64,000 nt of DNA from contig CM097885.1 in the NCBI GenBank assembly GCA_044892525.1, positions 6,140,001 through 6,204,000 on the forward strand. Reading direction: 5' to 3'. The position numbers were made by a program, and so were the translations under genes. Of this stretch, positions 53,413 to 63,934 are shown piece by piece. The notes beneath the pieces were generated by a model. It searched no databases. It had not been told where the DNA came from and saw only the letters and a program-made list of their open reading frames with translations. Origin of the DNA: Schmidtea polychroa (Eukaryota). How positions within the stretch are numbered: position 1 is the first letter of the stretch; the number at the start of each line of letters is the position of its first letter.

Positions 53413-54004
53413 ATGGCGTTTATTTCATGGATGAAATATCATTTTAGTGATGATTCTGATAGCAAAATTGAGATTTGTGCCAATCCTGAAGATTTTGAGA
53501 TGTTTTTAAGAAAAATTCCATCAAATATTAATTACCCTTCTGTATTGTCAAATAATCGGACAGCAAATTGTGAGTTTGCGCTCCTCGTGGTCAAATGTAA
53601 TCTACTACAATCTTCTGTAGAAATGCCTTCTAATACAAAATTGTTTTGGAATTTATTAGATGATAACAAAATTCAATATATTGCCTCATCTATGGTTGAT
53701 GTTGACGGATCTATGATTTACAAGTTACGCAATATTGCGAGTCTCAATCCATCAGGAGTTCAATTAGCAAAGGAAACGAGATATTTATGCATTGTGGTTA
53801 CAGGAAGAATTTCTTCTACTATAACGAGCGATGTGATAAAATCAAACTTAGACTTTATGAAATCGGATTATGACTTAAGTGATGATGTTTATGTAAATTA
53901 TGATTTCGAACAGATCATTCAATGCTGTGAAATTTTGTTGCCACATAGAGCCGACTCCATCGAGTCTATTTCAAATAAAATTGTTATTCGTTCAATTCGA
54001 TTAG

Positions 54005-54010
<6 letters not shown>
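53413..54010 (+). CDS. Orphan ORF of about 200 aa, cut off by a (TA)n tract and a hAT insertion
   Basis: ATG-initiated, non-repetitive 600-bp open frame in AT-rich DNA. No recognisable domain. The ORF-track tail runs through (TA)n and a TIR and is not real coding sequence. Confidence 0.45.
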
Positions 54011-54073
<63 letters not shown>

Positions 54074-54075
<2 letters not shown>

Positions 54076-55615
54076 GGGCCGAGGAGAGGGGGGAGAAGGG
54101 TATTTTTCCCTGGGCCGGTTTTGAAAAGGGGTCTAGAGAGGTGTATTAAAATTTTTAATCGTAACAGAAAAACTTGAAAACTACACACAAAAATACAACT
54201 ATTGATTTACTTCTTTTCGGGTGGCAAATCAACGAAATCTTAAAGATCTTAAAGATTTTTCGATGGATTCAATAGTTTTCACCTTTGATTTATCGTTAAA
54301 TAACTATTTTTAAATGTTTTCAAATTTAAATCAACTGTGAAAGGATGTATTTACTCTCTTTTAAACATCAAATCAAATATGAAAACTTTCAAATTAATGA
54401 AAAATTCATTGATTTAAAATTTTTGTAAAGATTTTCAGAAAACCTTTGAATCAATGGATTTCACCACTGTTTTTTTCCTGTGTGTATGTAAAATGATAAA
54501 TTGTCGGTGTCGGCCAGAGATTATAAGTAACTAGATAGAACATGTCTATTGTTCTCATTTGCAAAGGTGCTGTCGAAAAAAAACAGATTTAGTAGGGACA
54601 AAAAATCCGTTACTAAAACCGCAGATGGCGACATGATTGTTTTGGTGCTGTCCTCTGCAGTTCAGTAGCGGATTTTTTTGTTCCTACTAAATCTGATTTT
54701 TTTTTCGACAACACTTAATTTTATATTTTTTACTTATATTTTTTATTTATGGTGTCGGCTAGAGTTTCAGTTTAAAATTATAGTTACTTTCCCTTGAATC
54801 TAAGTAAATCTATTTAAGAGATAAAAGTAAATGAGTTTTGTTTTTATAATCATAAATCAGTTTTAATCGATCGAAATTTCGATTTTGTAAGTATCTCTAA
54901 TTTTACTATTTGGCAAACTATTTGCATTAAATAATTTATTTATTTATTGTTGATAATGAAAGCTAAAAATGAGTTATCATCATAAATCTGGAGCCCAAAA
55001 ACGAAAACTTGCCAAGGAAAAGAAGGAAAAATCGATTTTAGGAAGACAAACATTAGACTCGCTGGAATTTACAATTACCAAAGATCCTAGTTTAGTTGAT
55101 TCAGAAGAACCCAGGCCCGACGCTAGAGTATTTGGCGCCCTAGGCAAACTAAAAAAATGGCGCCTCTAGTCTAGAAACAAACCCAATAATTAAAGAAGTA
55201 AATGAAAATAAAATAACTATACTTCATTTATTTATTACACAAAAATATATATAAAAACAAAAACCATTTAAAATTTAATTTTTCGTGCTTTTAGTTTAGC
55301 GAAATCTTCAAGCAGCAACTTCGTATCTATATCACGCGCCATTTCGAGCCTAAAACCGGGCCTGTACTTTAGTCTTTTAAAACTTTACTGCATGTGACTT
55401 TATTCTTTTAAAATAAAACTAAAAATTATTGCGTAATTTAAAAAAATTTCAGAGCATGCTATATGCTAAATTTTTTTTAAAACCGCTTTTCAGTTAACTT
55501 TTCTGAACTTGCAAAATATTTTTTTAAATCGATTTTCCGTTGTATTTTTTTAAATTTTAAAAGAAATAAGTAATCGGTATCGGACTAAAACAACGATGGA
55601 ATTACATGTTTTACG

Positions 55616-55693
<78 letters not shown>

Positions 55694-56292
55694 AATTCAT
55701 ACATATGTATATATCAATATAAAGATAGAAAGTTTATAAAATATTTAATTTACTTGATAAAAAAAGCAGAACTATTTGGCGCCCGCTTGTAAATCGGCGC
55801 CCTAGGCTGCTGCCGACGTCGCCTATGCCTAAAACCGGGCCTGGAAGAACCACCAACAAAACAACTAAAAATCAACAAATTTTGACTATCACAAATAATG
55901 CTACTCGAATAAAGTGGTTTTTCTAAAATTTTAGGATAACAATTAAATTTCTGTTTGAATCTACGTCCGATAATTTGTTTCCTGTTTTGTTTTTATGCAA
56001 GCATACTAATGCTCAATTGTCATGGGCGATGGATCTATTCTGCTGCTTATGACCATTGAGCTGTGGGATCGAGTGATCGATTCCCGAATCAAGAGGCGCA
56101 TATCAAGGGCTGCAAATTTTCAATATTTTCAAATATATTCCATATCAAAAAACAAATTGTCTGTTCAACCAAAAGTATGCTTGCATACAAACAAAACACA
56201 TAACAATTTAGATTAAAAAAATATTATAATAATCGATAAAGGGCTCGTGCTAATCATATTACTGGGGCCCGACCAGCCTTTCCACTGCCCTG
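54074..56292 (+). mobile_element. Deleted hAT transposon inserted in (TA)n
   Basis: TIRs CAGGGCCGAGGAGAGG and CCTTTCCACTGCCCTG. Flanks ATATACAT and ATATATAT (7/8). Transposase N-terminal remnant MSYHHKSGAQKRKLAKEKK at 54969. Confidence 0.78.
55112..55843 (-). mobile_element. Nested hAT deletion derivative
   Basis: CAGGCCCG and CGGGCCTG termini; exact 8-bp TSD GAAGAACC. Minus-strand C-terminal remnant LLEDFAKLKARKIKF*. Confidence 0.9.
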
Positions 56293-57105
56293 ATATATAT
56301 TTTGCGGTTTTAGTTAATAATAATTTCAATTGTAAATATTAATGTTGAATATTAATAAAATGAAGTGAGCAAAAACGTTTTGATAATTATTCTCTAGAAT
56401 TCATTATTAAGTTTCCTTTAGGAATTGCTTGGAACTTTCTGATCAAGCAAATAATAATTTAATAATTATCTAAATCATTTAAAAAATTAAATTTAGGGTG
56501 AGAGAAATTTGAAATTAATTCCATAATTTGATTTTTCATCAATTTCTCCATCTGATTCCCACCAGAAAAATTCCCAGATAAATCTGACAATAAAAATTTA
56601 ATCTGCAAACGACTAATGGACAAATCAAAAATAATTACGTTATTAATGGGAATTTGTTTTAATTTCAAACTGAATTTTACCATTTAAACAAAAAATCTAG
56701 AGATTTTTAATAATTTTTTTTATTGAACAAAACAGAAAATAAAAATGGGAAAATATTGCAAAAGTCAAGTGAGATCATTGAAATGACAAGAAAAGTCCTT
56801 GAGCCAGGAAACGGAATGTGCTTGTTGTTTGGATTCTTTCTAAGATTATACTCAAATATCACTAGATTCTGGCTGATAGTCAGGGCCACATACAATTTGT
56901 ACTTATATTTCTAGCGTTCTCACCCAGTCCAAGCTGACAAATGATTTCATTGTTTTCCCATATTGTCAATGAGTAGTATGATGTGAGCTCCCCAGGCCAT
57001 GAGCTCCCCCGGCCACATATACCCCCTCCCCCCCCGGGAAAAAAATTTTTTTTTAAATAAAAGGTCAAGGTCATTTATTTATTTTTTTAATTTTTTGTTT
57101 TAATT

Positions 57106-57775
57106 AATTGGCCGGGCGGGCTCACACTTTTTTTCATCCCAAAAATTAATGTTCCCACCAACAGATTTTATTGGACGATACCTCATCTTAAAGCTCAGTC
57201 CAAGACCTTTCGAATGAGCTATAGGTATCATATATATCTTTAATAGTTTTAATGTTATTGACAATTGATGACCACCTTTTCAACGTTAAATTATTATTAT
57301 TTTCCAAAATATTATTAATTGGCCGGGAGGGCTCACACTTTTTTTCGTCCCAAAAATTAATGTTCCCGCCAACGGATTTTCTTGGACGATAGCTCATCTT
57401 AAAGCCCAATGCAAGACCTTTCGAATGAGATATTGAAGGTATCATCATCATTAACATCGGCAAAGTTATTAACGTTTTCCCGAGACCATTTTTCAAGGTC
57501 ATTTATTATTTTCAAGGTCAAATTTTTAAATAAAAGGTCAAGGTCAAGGTCATTTATTTTCTCAAGGTCATTTATTATTTCCAAGGTCATTTATTTTTTC
57601 AAGGTCATTTAATTTTTCAAGGTCATTTATTTTTTCAAGGTCATTTAATTTTAATTATGTGGCCGGGAGGGCTCACACTTTTTTCATCCCAAAAATTAAT
57701 GTTCCCACCAACAGATTTTATTGGACGATACCTTATTTTAAAGCTCTGTGCAAGACCTTTCTAATGAGATATAGA
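57106..57775. repeat. Three dispersed subterminal direct repeats of about 120 bp
   Basis: GGCCGGGAGGGCTCACACTTTTTTCATCCCAAAAATTAATGTTCCC...AAGACCTTTCGAATGAG at about 57110, 57321 and 57661. Confidence 0.92.
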
Positions 57776-58075
57776 TTTCTATCATACAATGACTCATCAC
57801 ATTTTTAGAACAAAGACAATGACTCATTCGTTGTCTCATCATATTTTTAGAACGATGACTCATCAAGGTCAAATTTTTAATAAAAGGTCAAGGTCATTTA
57901 TTATTTTCAAGGTCATTTATTATTTCCAAGGTCATTTATTTTTTCAAGGTCATTTAATTTTTAAATAAAAGGTCAAGGTCAAATTTTTAAATAAAAGGTC
58001 AAGGTCATTTATTATTTTCAAGGTCATTTATTTTTTCAAGGTCATTTATTATTTTTTAAGTTTTTAGTTTCTAAG

Positions 58076-58113
<38 letters not shown>

Positions 58114-58608
58114 CTCCGAGTTTATCCGACAAGATATTCTTTCCCCTATGGGTACTGCACACAAGGGTACTACTCACACTCAACAAGTCACAAGGGTACT
58201 GTTCACAACGGTATTATTATTATTGTTATTATTATTATTTATATTATTATTATTATAATTATTTTTTTTTTTTTTCAAAGATATTTAGTTGCATGCTCAC
58301 TGCAAACTAAAGTAAATATGAACAGTATTATCAAAAATAATAAAACTTTATAAAAATTTTAATTCTTTTAATGGCTCAAAACAAAGTCCTAATCCATAGT
58401 GACAACAATACTAGTTTTCAATAATAAAACAATTTTTAATATACTTTCTATGTTTAAACACTTTAGGAATGTCAATTAATATTACACAATATAATGATTT
58501 TTATCCATAGAAAGAAATACGAAAACTTTTCATTAATAAAAATCAATACAAATCAATGTCTTTACAAAGTTATATTAATTTATCACAGGAAAAAGATATT
58601 AAAATCGC

Positions 58609-61600
58609 TTAATCACTCAATTGTACATCATCAATATCAATTTCGTCACTCAATTGTACATCAACAATATCGATTTCGTCACTCAATTGTACATCGTCAA
58701 TATCAATTTCATCATTAGGATCATCACCAGAATAGAAATCTGGACTTAAACCATTGAAAAGTGGACCCACTTCCTGTTCGCCAGAAACAAAATCTGGACT
58801 TAATCCTCCGAATAGTGCCCCAACTTCTTCAAATATTTGATCATCATTTATATCATCTAGTGCTAAATAATGACCAAATGCGAGACTGGAATTTTTCCCC
58901 ACCCAAAACCGCTTGTCGTCGTTGTTTGACAACGCGATTTTATTGTTTTTAAATGTGTACAATTGGTGGTTCCGCGTCCCTATCCTACTTTGTGGCACAG
59001 AAAATACTACGTTGTTATTGTAGCATTCTAAATATGAATCGTGCCTAATTTCTGTACCTATTAACCTGACTCCTTTTGCTTTTAAATGATCTTTAGCCCC
59101 TAATAAACTATAGCACTTGGGTCTTAAGAAAACCCATTCCTTATACCCTAGACCTTTACTTTCATCTTTAAATTTACCTATCAGCGAATCAAGGTTTCTA
59201 GAGTATAAGGGATGTGCAGGGTCATAGTTGGAAGTGTCTAAAAGATTGTCACGAATCATTGCCGGCAAAAGAATGTCAAGCTTACAGTGCCTAACCTCAA
59301 GAAAAAAGGAGTCAGTATCGCCTGCAACGATATTTATTTCACATTTAAATTCATTTCTATATTTAGCCAATTCTATATACTGTAACTGGTACATCCTCAG
59401 TTTAGACAGGTCTAGCACCGTTTGGCCAATGTAACTAGGCCTGTCTAAACATATAGAATCCTTATTGAGATGTGCAGCAATCAAGTCATCATCAATTTTG
59501 ATAGATTTCTTGAAAGTCGGCTTTGAAGCATATACAATCATCTTTTCAGATGAATTGCATAGCCTCAAATTCATCCGTTTTTTAAGGTTTTCTACAGATT
59601 TCCCATACAGACTATTATTAAATAATTTGTATAGATCCCTATATAATTCACATGTAGAATTGGCTCTCAAATTAGTGTTTTTGTCTATGTACGATTTAAA
59701 AATGGGTGCATGCTTAAATTTGATTGCTCTATGTACATTTTTAATAATAGCCCCCAATTCTATATACAACTTGAGAAGTCGCCAATGAAGAACATGGTTC
59801 TTCTTCGGCCAATGCGTGAGCATCAGCTTCTCAACTTTAGAATTTGGCGGGCACATCTTTTCCGGAGCAAGAGGAAAATCATTCAGAAAGTCATGCAAAC
59901 AATCAGGTATATCGATATCTACCTCCATAGTATAACCATATGGAAGGTTATCGATATCAGCATTCATACATTCATTCAAGACAGAATCAAGATCATCATA
60001 CACCCAAACAAAGTCAGCATAAGGCAGATTTTGGCTTAAGGCCCAACCATACAAGTTATTAATATCAATATACAAGAGTTCTGTGTCTTCAGAACTTGCA
60101 ACATAATGTTTGTTAACAAATGTTAACCCACCCTGTATCCCTCCTTCATAGAAATTAAACATTTCCATGTCCTGCAGAAGTTCAATGGGTTCCGTTAATG
60201 TCATAAGCGCAGAGGCCCAAGACATACCGGGAATGCCATAGAAATTAAGAGGCTCAAGACCATTATAAGCAATGGCCTTTTCACGGAATTGTTGAAAATA
60301 ATCTGCGAGGAGAAACACGTCTAATTTAAGGTAGATTAACATGTAATCTAACATGTTGTTGCAGTTTTGCTGAGTCCAAATAACTTGGGCTAATGCATAC
60401 TCATCATTAGACACAGAATCCCAAATAGGAGGCAATTCAAGAGTCGATTCCAGAACCTCAAGAGATGTGGCAAAGTCATAAGGAAAGATACCTTTGGCTC
60501 GAACAATTGCGCCATCAAAAACAGAAGAAGTTAAAGGCAGATCGGAAAGAGTCTTAACTGCTTTTGCTAAAGACGAATTAACAAACTGCATGCTGTCAAT
60601 AAAACGAACAGACAGTTTGTTAATGTATGCGATGAGAGAGATGAATTTCTCGGTAGTGGTCGGAATAATATTTAATTCCCAAGAAGGAAAATTATTCAAG
60701 CCATACTTCAAAATATGATGGAGATCATACCCCCTCAAATTATGAAAAACCACAGGTAACTGTCTCTGAATTCGCCGAGACACATTACATTTCCTACAGG
60801 CAGCACCTAAATACTTACCTGAGAATTGGCAATGATCCCTAACTCTATTTCTAATAAATTTTTTACAAAGGTAGCAGGTTCTGGAATCACGAAAGGCCCG
60901 CTCTTCAGCGAAAGACAAGGTTTGCATGGGCTTTTTCCCATTAATTTCGTAATATGGCAGGACAATTGTCATAGCAATTTCCTCCACCTTACGCAAGAAA
61001 GATAAGATACAATCATCCCCAACAAACTCATAATAAAATTTGGAGTTATTATAATTATTTATTAATAATAAACCTGCTGTTATTGGCAAATGCTTTTGAT
61101 GGTGTATTATATCCCCCGGTAAAATTGATTCAAAGTCTGCATATATCACGAATGGCGGGGTTATGGTTTTCACATAATTTTGAAAAATTAAATTTTTATC
61201 TTTGGGTAGGGTATATAAAGTTGTTCCTATCTGGTTTTTAATGCATAAGGCGACATGAATATCAAATGCATTTTTAAGTCGAAATCCGTTAAGACAATGT
61301 GGACACCAGTTCACTTGAAGTCTAACGTCACATTCACTGCTAGAGCGACAATTCATTAGTCTTTGTAAGTTAAAAACTGCAGTATAATGGAAATTATCAC
61401 CGTCTTCCAATAAAAGTAAATATATGGGTTCACCACCTATAACCTTAGATCGGTGAATAATATCTAATTGAGGATGATGTGGAATATAATTATCGTCAAC
61501 TATATTTTCAAAAGGCTTAGCAGGGGTTGTTCTATAAGTTAAAACATTTATTGCTAAATTTAAATCCTTATTTTTCATCTCGAATTTTGGAATATCACAT

Positions 61601-62643
61601 AATTTCATTGGACAGTCGGAAATGGGGTCAAAATTTAACTCGTCAAGATAATTTTCATAGGAACTAACACGGTACCTATGACTATGTACAACATTACGTT
61701 TTAAAAGTGCTAAAATACTATATATAAAGCACATATCATCGGTGTTTTTAACATTTACTATTGCATTTTTAGATTTTAAAGATGATGGGGTGGGGATGTA
61801 ACTATGTCCAGCTAGCCTATTCATATGTGTAAATTTTGTTAATATAAAATCTATTTCTTTGATTTTAACAACCCGCCATCCACTACCCAAATATGTGAAT
61901 TTTTCTATTTTATTATTTAATTTGTGAACCCCCTCACTTAGAAAACTATCTGAAAAAGCCTCTGCCCTATTCGAGAAGAAATTATCTTTAATTTCACCAT
62001 CTTTTTCAAATTGAATCAATACAGAGAATTGTATTTTCACCGACCCCATTCTGTTTATTTCATGTTTTAACTTATTAACGATTTTATCGGTTATGGTTAT
62101 TTGAACGATGTTATCCTTTTCTACATTAAATCTTAGATTCTTTCGAACCCCCTTAAAATCAATTTCGATTTCAGGTTCATCGTCAATATCGACTGAACCG
62201 CCTGCTTGAATATTATTAACCACAGTTATTTGTTCTAATTTATTAATTTTAGAGGGAGCATCAGACCCAATACTAACAGCAGGTCTTTTTAAATTATTAT
62301 TTACATTAATAACATTATTAATTAGAGGTTTTGTAATATTATTTACATGTTTTGTATTAGTTTTAATTACAGGTTTTGTAATATTATTTACAGGTTTTGT
62401 ATTATTATTTACAGGTTTTGTAATATTATTTACAGGTTTTGTATTATTTACATTAGTTTTAATTATAGGTTTTGCAGTATTTCGTAGTTTGTTAAATAAA
62501 TCCTTTTTATTTAAAGAGAACTGATTTAAATGGGATTTATGTATACTGTAAAACTCTAAATATTTAATGCTATGGGAAGTCTCGCATATTGGGCATATAT
62601 AGTACTTGATGCCATAAAATTTACGACCATAATATTTTTTCAT
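58609..62643 (-). CDS. Intact protein-primed family B DNA polymerase (Polinton/adintovirus type, with inserted endonuclease VII-like domain)
   Basis: 1344 aa from the ATG at 62643. N-terminal CPIC finger; C2H2 finger WCPHC...H...C; ExoI PFVIYADFES; EndoVII-like CYLC...RDHCQFSGKYLGAACRKCN; ExoII FHNLRGYD; KGIFPY; ExoIII YLKLDV; motif A YIDINNLYG; motif B KLFNNSLYGK; motif C AGDTDS; then GKFKDE, KAKGV and DDKR. Confidence 0.95.
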   Translation of the reverse strand: MKKYYGRKFYGIKYYICPICETSHSIKYLEFYSIHKSHLNQFSLNKKDLFNKLRNTAKPIIKTNVNNTKPVNNITKPVNNNTKPVNNITKPVIKTNTKHVNNITKPLINNVINVNNNLKRPAVSIGSDAPSKINKLEQITVVNNIQAGGSVDIDDEPEIEIDFKGVRKNLRFNVEKDNIVQITITDKIVNKLKHEINRMGSVKIQFSVLIQFEKDGEIKDNFFSNRAEAFSDSFLSEGVHKLNNKIEKFTYLGSGWRVVKIKEIDFILTKFTHMNRLAGHSYIPTPSSLKSKNAIVNVKNTDDMCFIYSILALLKRNVVHSHRYRVSSYENYLDELNFDPISDCPMKLCDIPKFEMKNKDLNLAINVLTYRTTPAKPFENIVDDNYIPHHPQLDIIHRSKVIGGEPIYLLLLEDGDNFHYTAVFNLQRLMNCRSSSECDVRLQVNWCPHCLNGFRLKNAFDIHVALCIKNQIGTTLYTLPKDKNLIFQNYVKTITPPFVIYADFESILPGDIIHHQKHLPITAGLLLINNYNNSKFYYEFVGDDCILSFLRKVEEIAMTIVLPYYEINGKKPMQTLSFAEERAFRDSRTCYLCKKFIRNRVRDHCQFSGKYLGAACRKCNVSRRIQRQLPVVFHNLRGYDLHHILKYGLNNFPSWELNIIPTTTEKFISLIAYINKLSVRFIDSMQFVNSSLAKAVKTLSDLPLTSSVFDGAIVRAKGIFPYDFATSLEVLESTLELPPIWDSVSNDEYALAQVIWTQQNCNNMLDYMLIYLKLDVFLLADYFQQFREKAIAYNGLEPLNFYGIPGMSWASALMTLTEPIELLQDMEMFNFYEGGIQGGLTFVNKHYVASSEDTELLYIDINNLYGWALSQNLPYADFVWVYDDLDSVLNECMNADIDNLPYGYTMEVDIDIPDCLHDFLNDFPLAPEKMCPPNSKVEKLMLTHWPKKNHVLHWRLLKLYIELGAIIKNVHRAIKFKHAPIFKSYIDKNTNLRANSTCELYRDLYKLFNNSLYGKSVENLKKRMNLRLCNSSEKMIVYASKPTFKKSIKIDDDLIAAHLNKDSICLDRPSYIGQTVLDLSKLRMYQLQYIELAKYRNEFKCEINIVAGDTDSFFLEVRHCKLDILLPAMIRDNLLDTSNYDPAHPLYSRNLDSLIGKFKDESKGLGYKEWVFLRPKCYSLLGAKDHLKAKGVRLIGTEIRHDSYLECYNNNVVFSVPQSRIGTRNHQLYTFKNNKIALSNNDDKRFWVGKNSSLAFGHYLALDDINDDQIFEEVGALFGGLSPDFVSGEQEVGPLFNGLSPDFYSGDDPNDEIDIDDVQLSDEIDIVDVQLSDEIDIDDVQLSD

Positions 62644-62919
62644 CACTTTGTGACATAAATTTGAGTGACCAGTTGAAGCCTGGCAGTAATGTGGATAAAA
62701 TTTGCCTTTTAATTATATTTATCAATTAATATTAGTCATGAAATTAATATATCATTTATAGTTCTTTTATCATTTAGTTCTTATAAGGATTTTACAATTA
62801 TTGATATATGTTTCATTTAAATACAATATAAAAATGAAATAAATATTAATAATTGTAAAATATTAATAAAGTCTTGTAAACTATAATAGGGATTTTATTA
62901 TTATTATTATTATTGTTTC

Positions 62920-63579
62920 TGTAGTTACATGCTCACTGTAACCTACATGTTTATATAATAAGAGTCTTTAGTTGCATGCTAACTAAACATATTAAATTAT
63001 TAAAATAATATTATAAAGAGAGTATATGTATAGAATAAAAATATTAGTATTATTATTATTGATGTAGCTGCATGCTCACTGCAGACTACATTTAAAGATT
63101 GTAATTATTGCATAATAAATAGTTTGATGCAGCTGCATGCAGACTATATTTAATAAGGGTTAATTATTACACAATAAATAGTTTGTTGCAGCTGCATGCA
63201 GACTACATTTAAAGATTGTATTTATTACGTAATAAATAGTTGATGCAGCTGCATGCAGACTACATTTAAAGATTGTATTTATTACGTAATAAATAGTTGA
63301 TGCAGCTGCATGCAGACTACATTTAATAAAGGGTATTTATTATGTAATAAATATTTGATGCAGCTGATTGCTGACTACATTTATTGGGGCAATCATAATA
63401 AAAGAGATATGTAGCTGCATGCTGACTGCAGACTACATTTATTGGGGCAATCATAATAAAAGAGATATGTAGCTGCATGCTCACTGCAGACTACATTTAT
63501 TGGGGCAATCATAATAAAAGAGATATGTAGCTGCGTGCTCACTGCAGACTACAAGATATATTTTTATTACTATTTTTAA

Positions 63580-63616
<37 letters not shown>

Positions 63617-63648
63617 TTAACTAATGTAGTTGCTCATTGCAAACTACA
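62920..63648. repeat. Array of about 12 palindromic (hairpin) repeats with AT-rich spacers, period about 57-64 bp
   Basis: Core TGTAGCTGCA(TGCTCAC)TGCAGACTACA and variants, directly visible. Confidence 0.92.
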
Positions 63649-63669
63649 AGGAATATTTTAAAACTATTG

Positions 63670-63934
63670 TTTCTTAAATACTTTTTAAACATTTTCTTCA
63701 TCATAATATTTTCATCATTTTCTTCATCATAATATTTTCATCATTTTCTTCATCATAATATTTTCATCATTTTCTTCATCATCATAATATTTTCATCATT
63801 TTCTTCATCATCATAATATTTTCATCATTTAGTCAACATAACATTTTCAATTTCATCATAATATTTTCTTCATTTTCATAATAAGTTTTTATAAATAAGT
63901 TTTTAAAGAAAATGTTTAAAAAGTATTTAAGAAA
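63670..63934. repeat. 26/29-bp tandem repeat enclosed by a perfect 29-bp inverted repeat
   Basis: (TCATCATAATATTTTCATCATTTTCT)n at about 63690-63880. TTTCTTAAATACTTTTTAAACATTTTCTT (63670-63698) is the reverse complement of 63906-63934. Confidence 0.9.

Noticed and set aside
56459..56914. Short ORFs beside the third Polinton-like terminus as element genes
   Set aside because: They lie outside the AGTAGT terminus, are short and AT-biased, and have no recognisable motifs.
62920..63648. CRISPR-like appearance (palindromic repeats with spacers of about 30 bp)
   Set aside because: The context is eukaryotic with no cas genes, and the spacers are AT-rich near-duplicates of one another rather than unique sequences.
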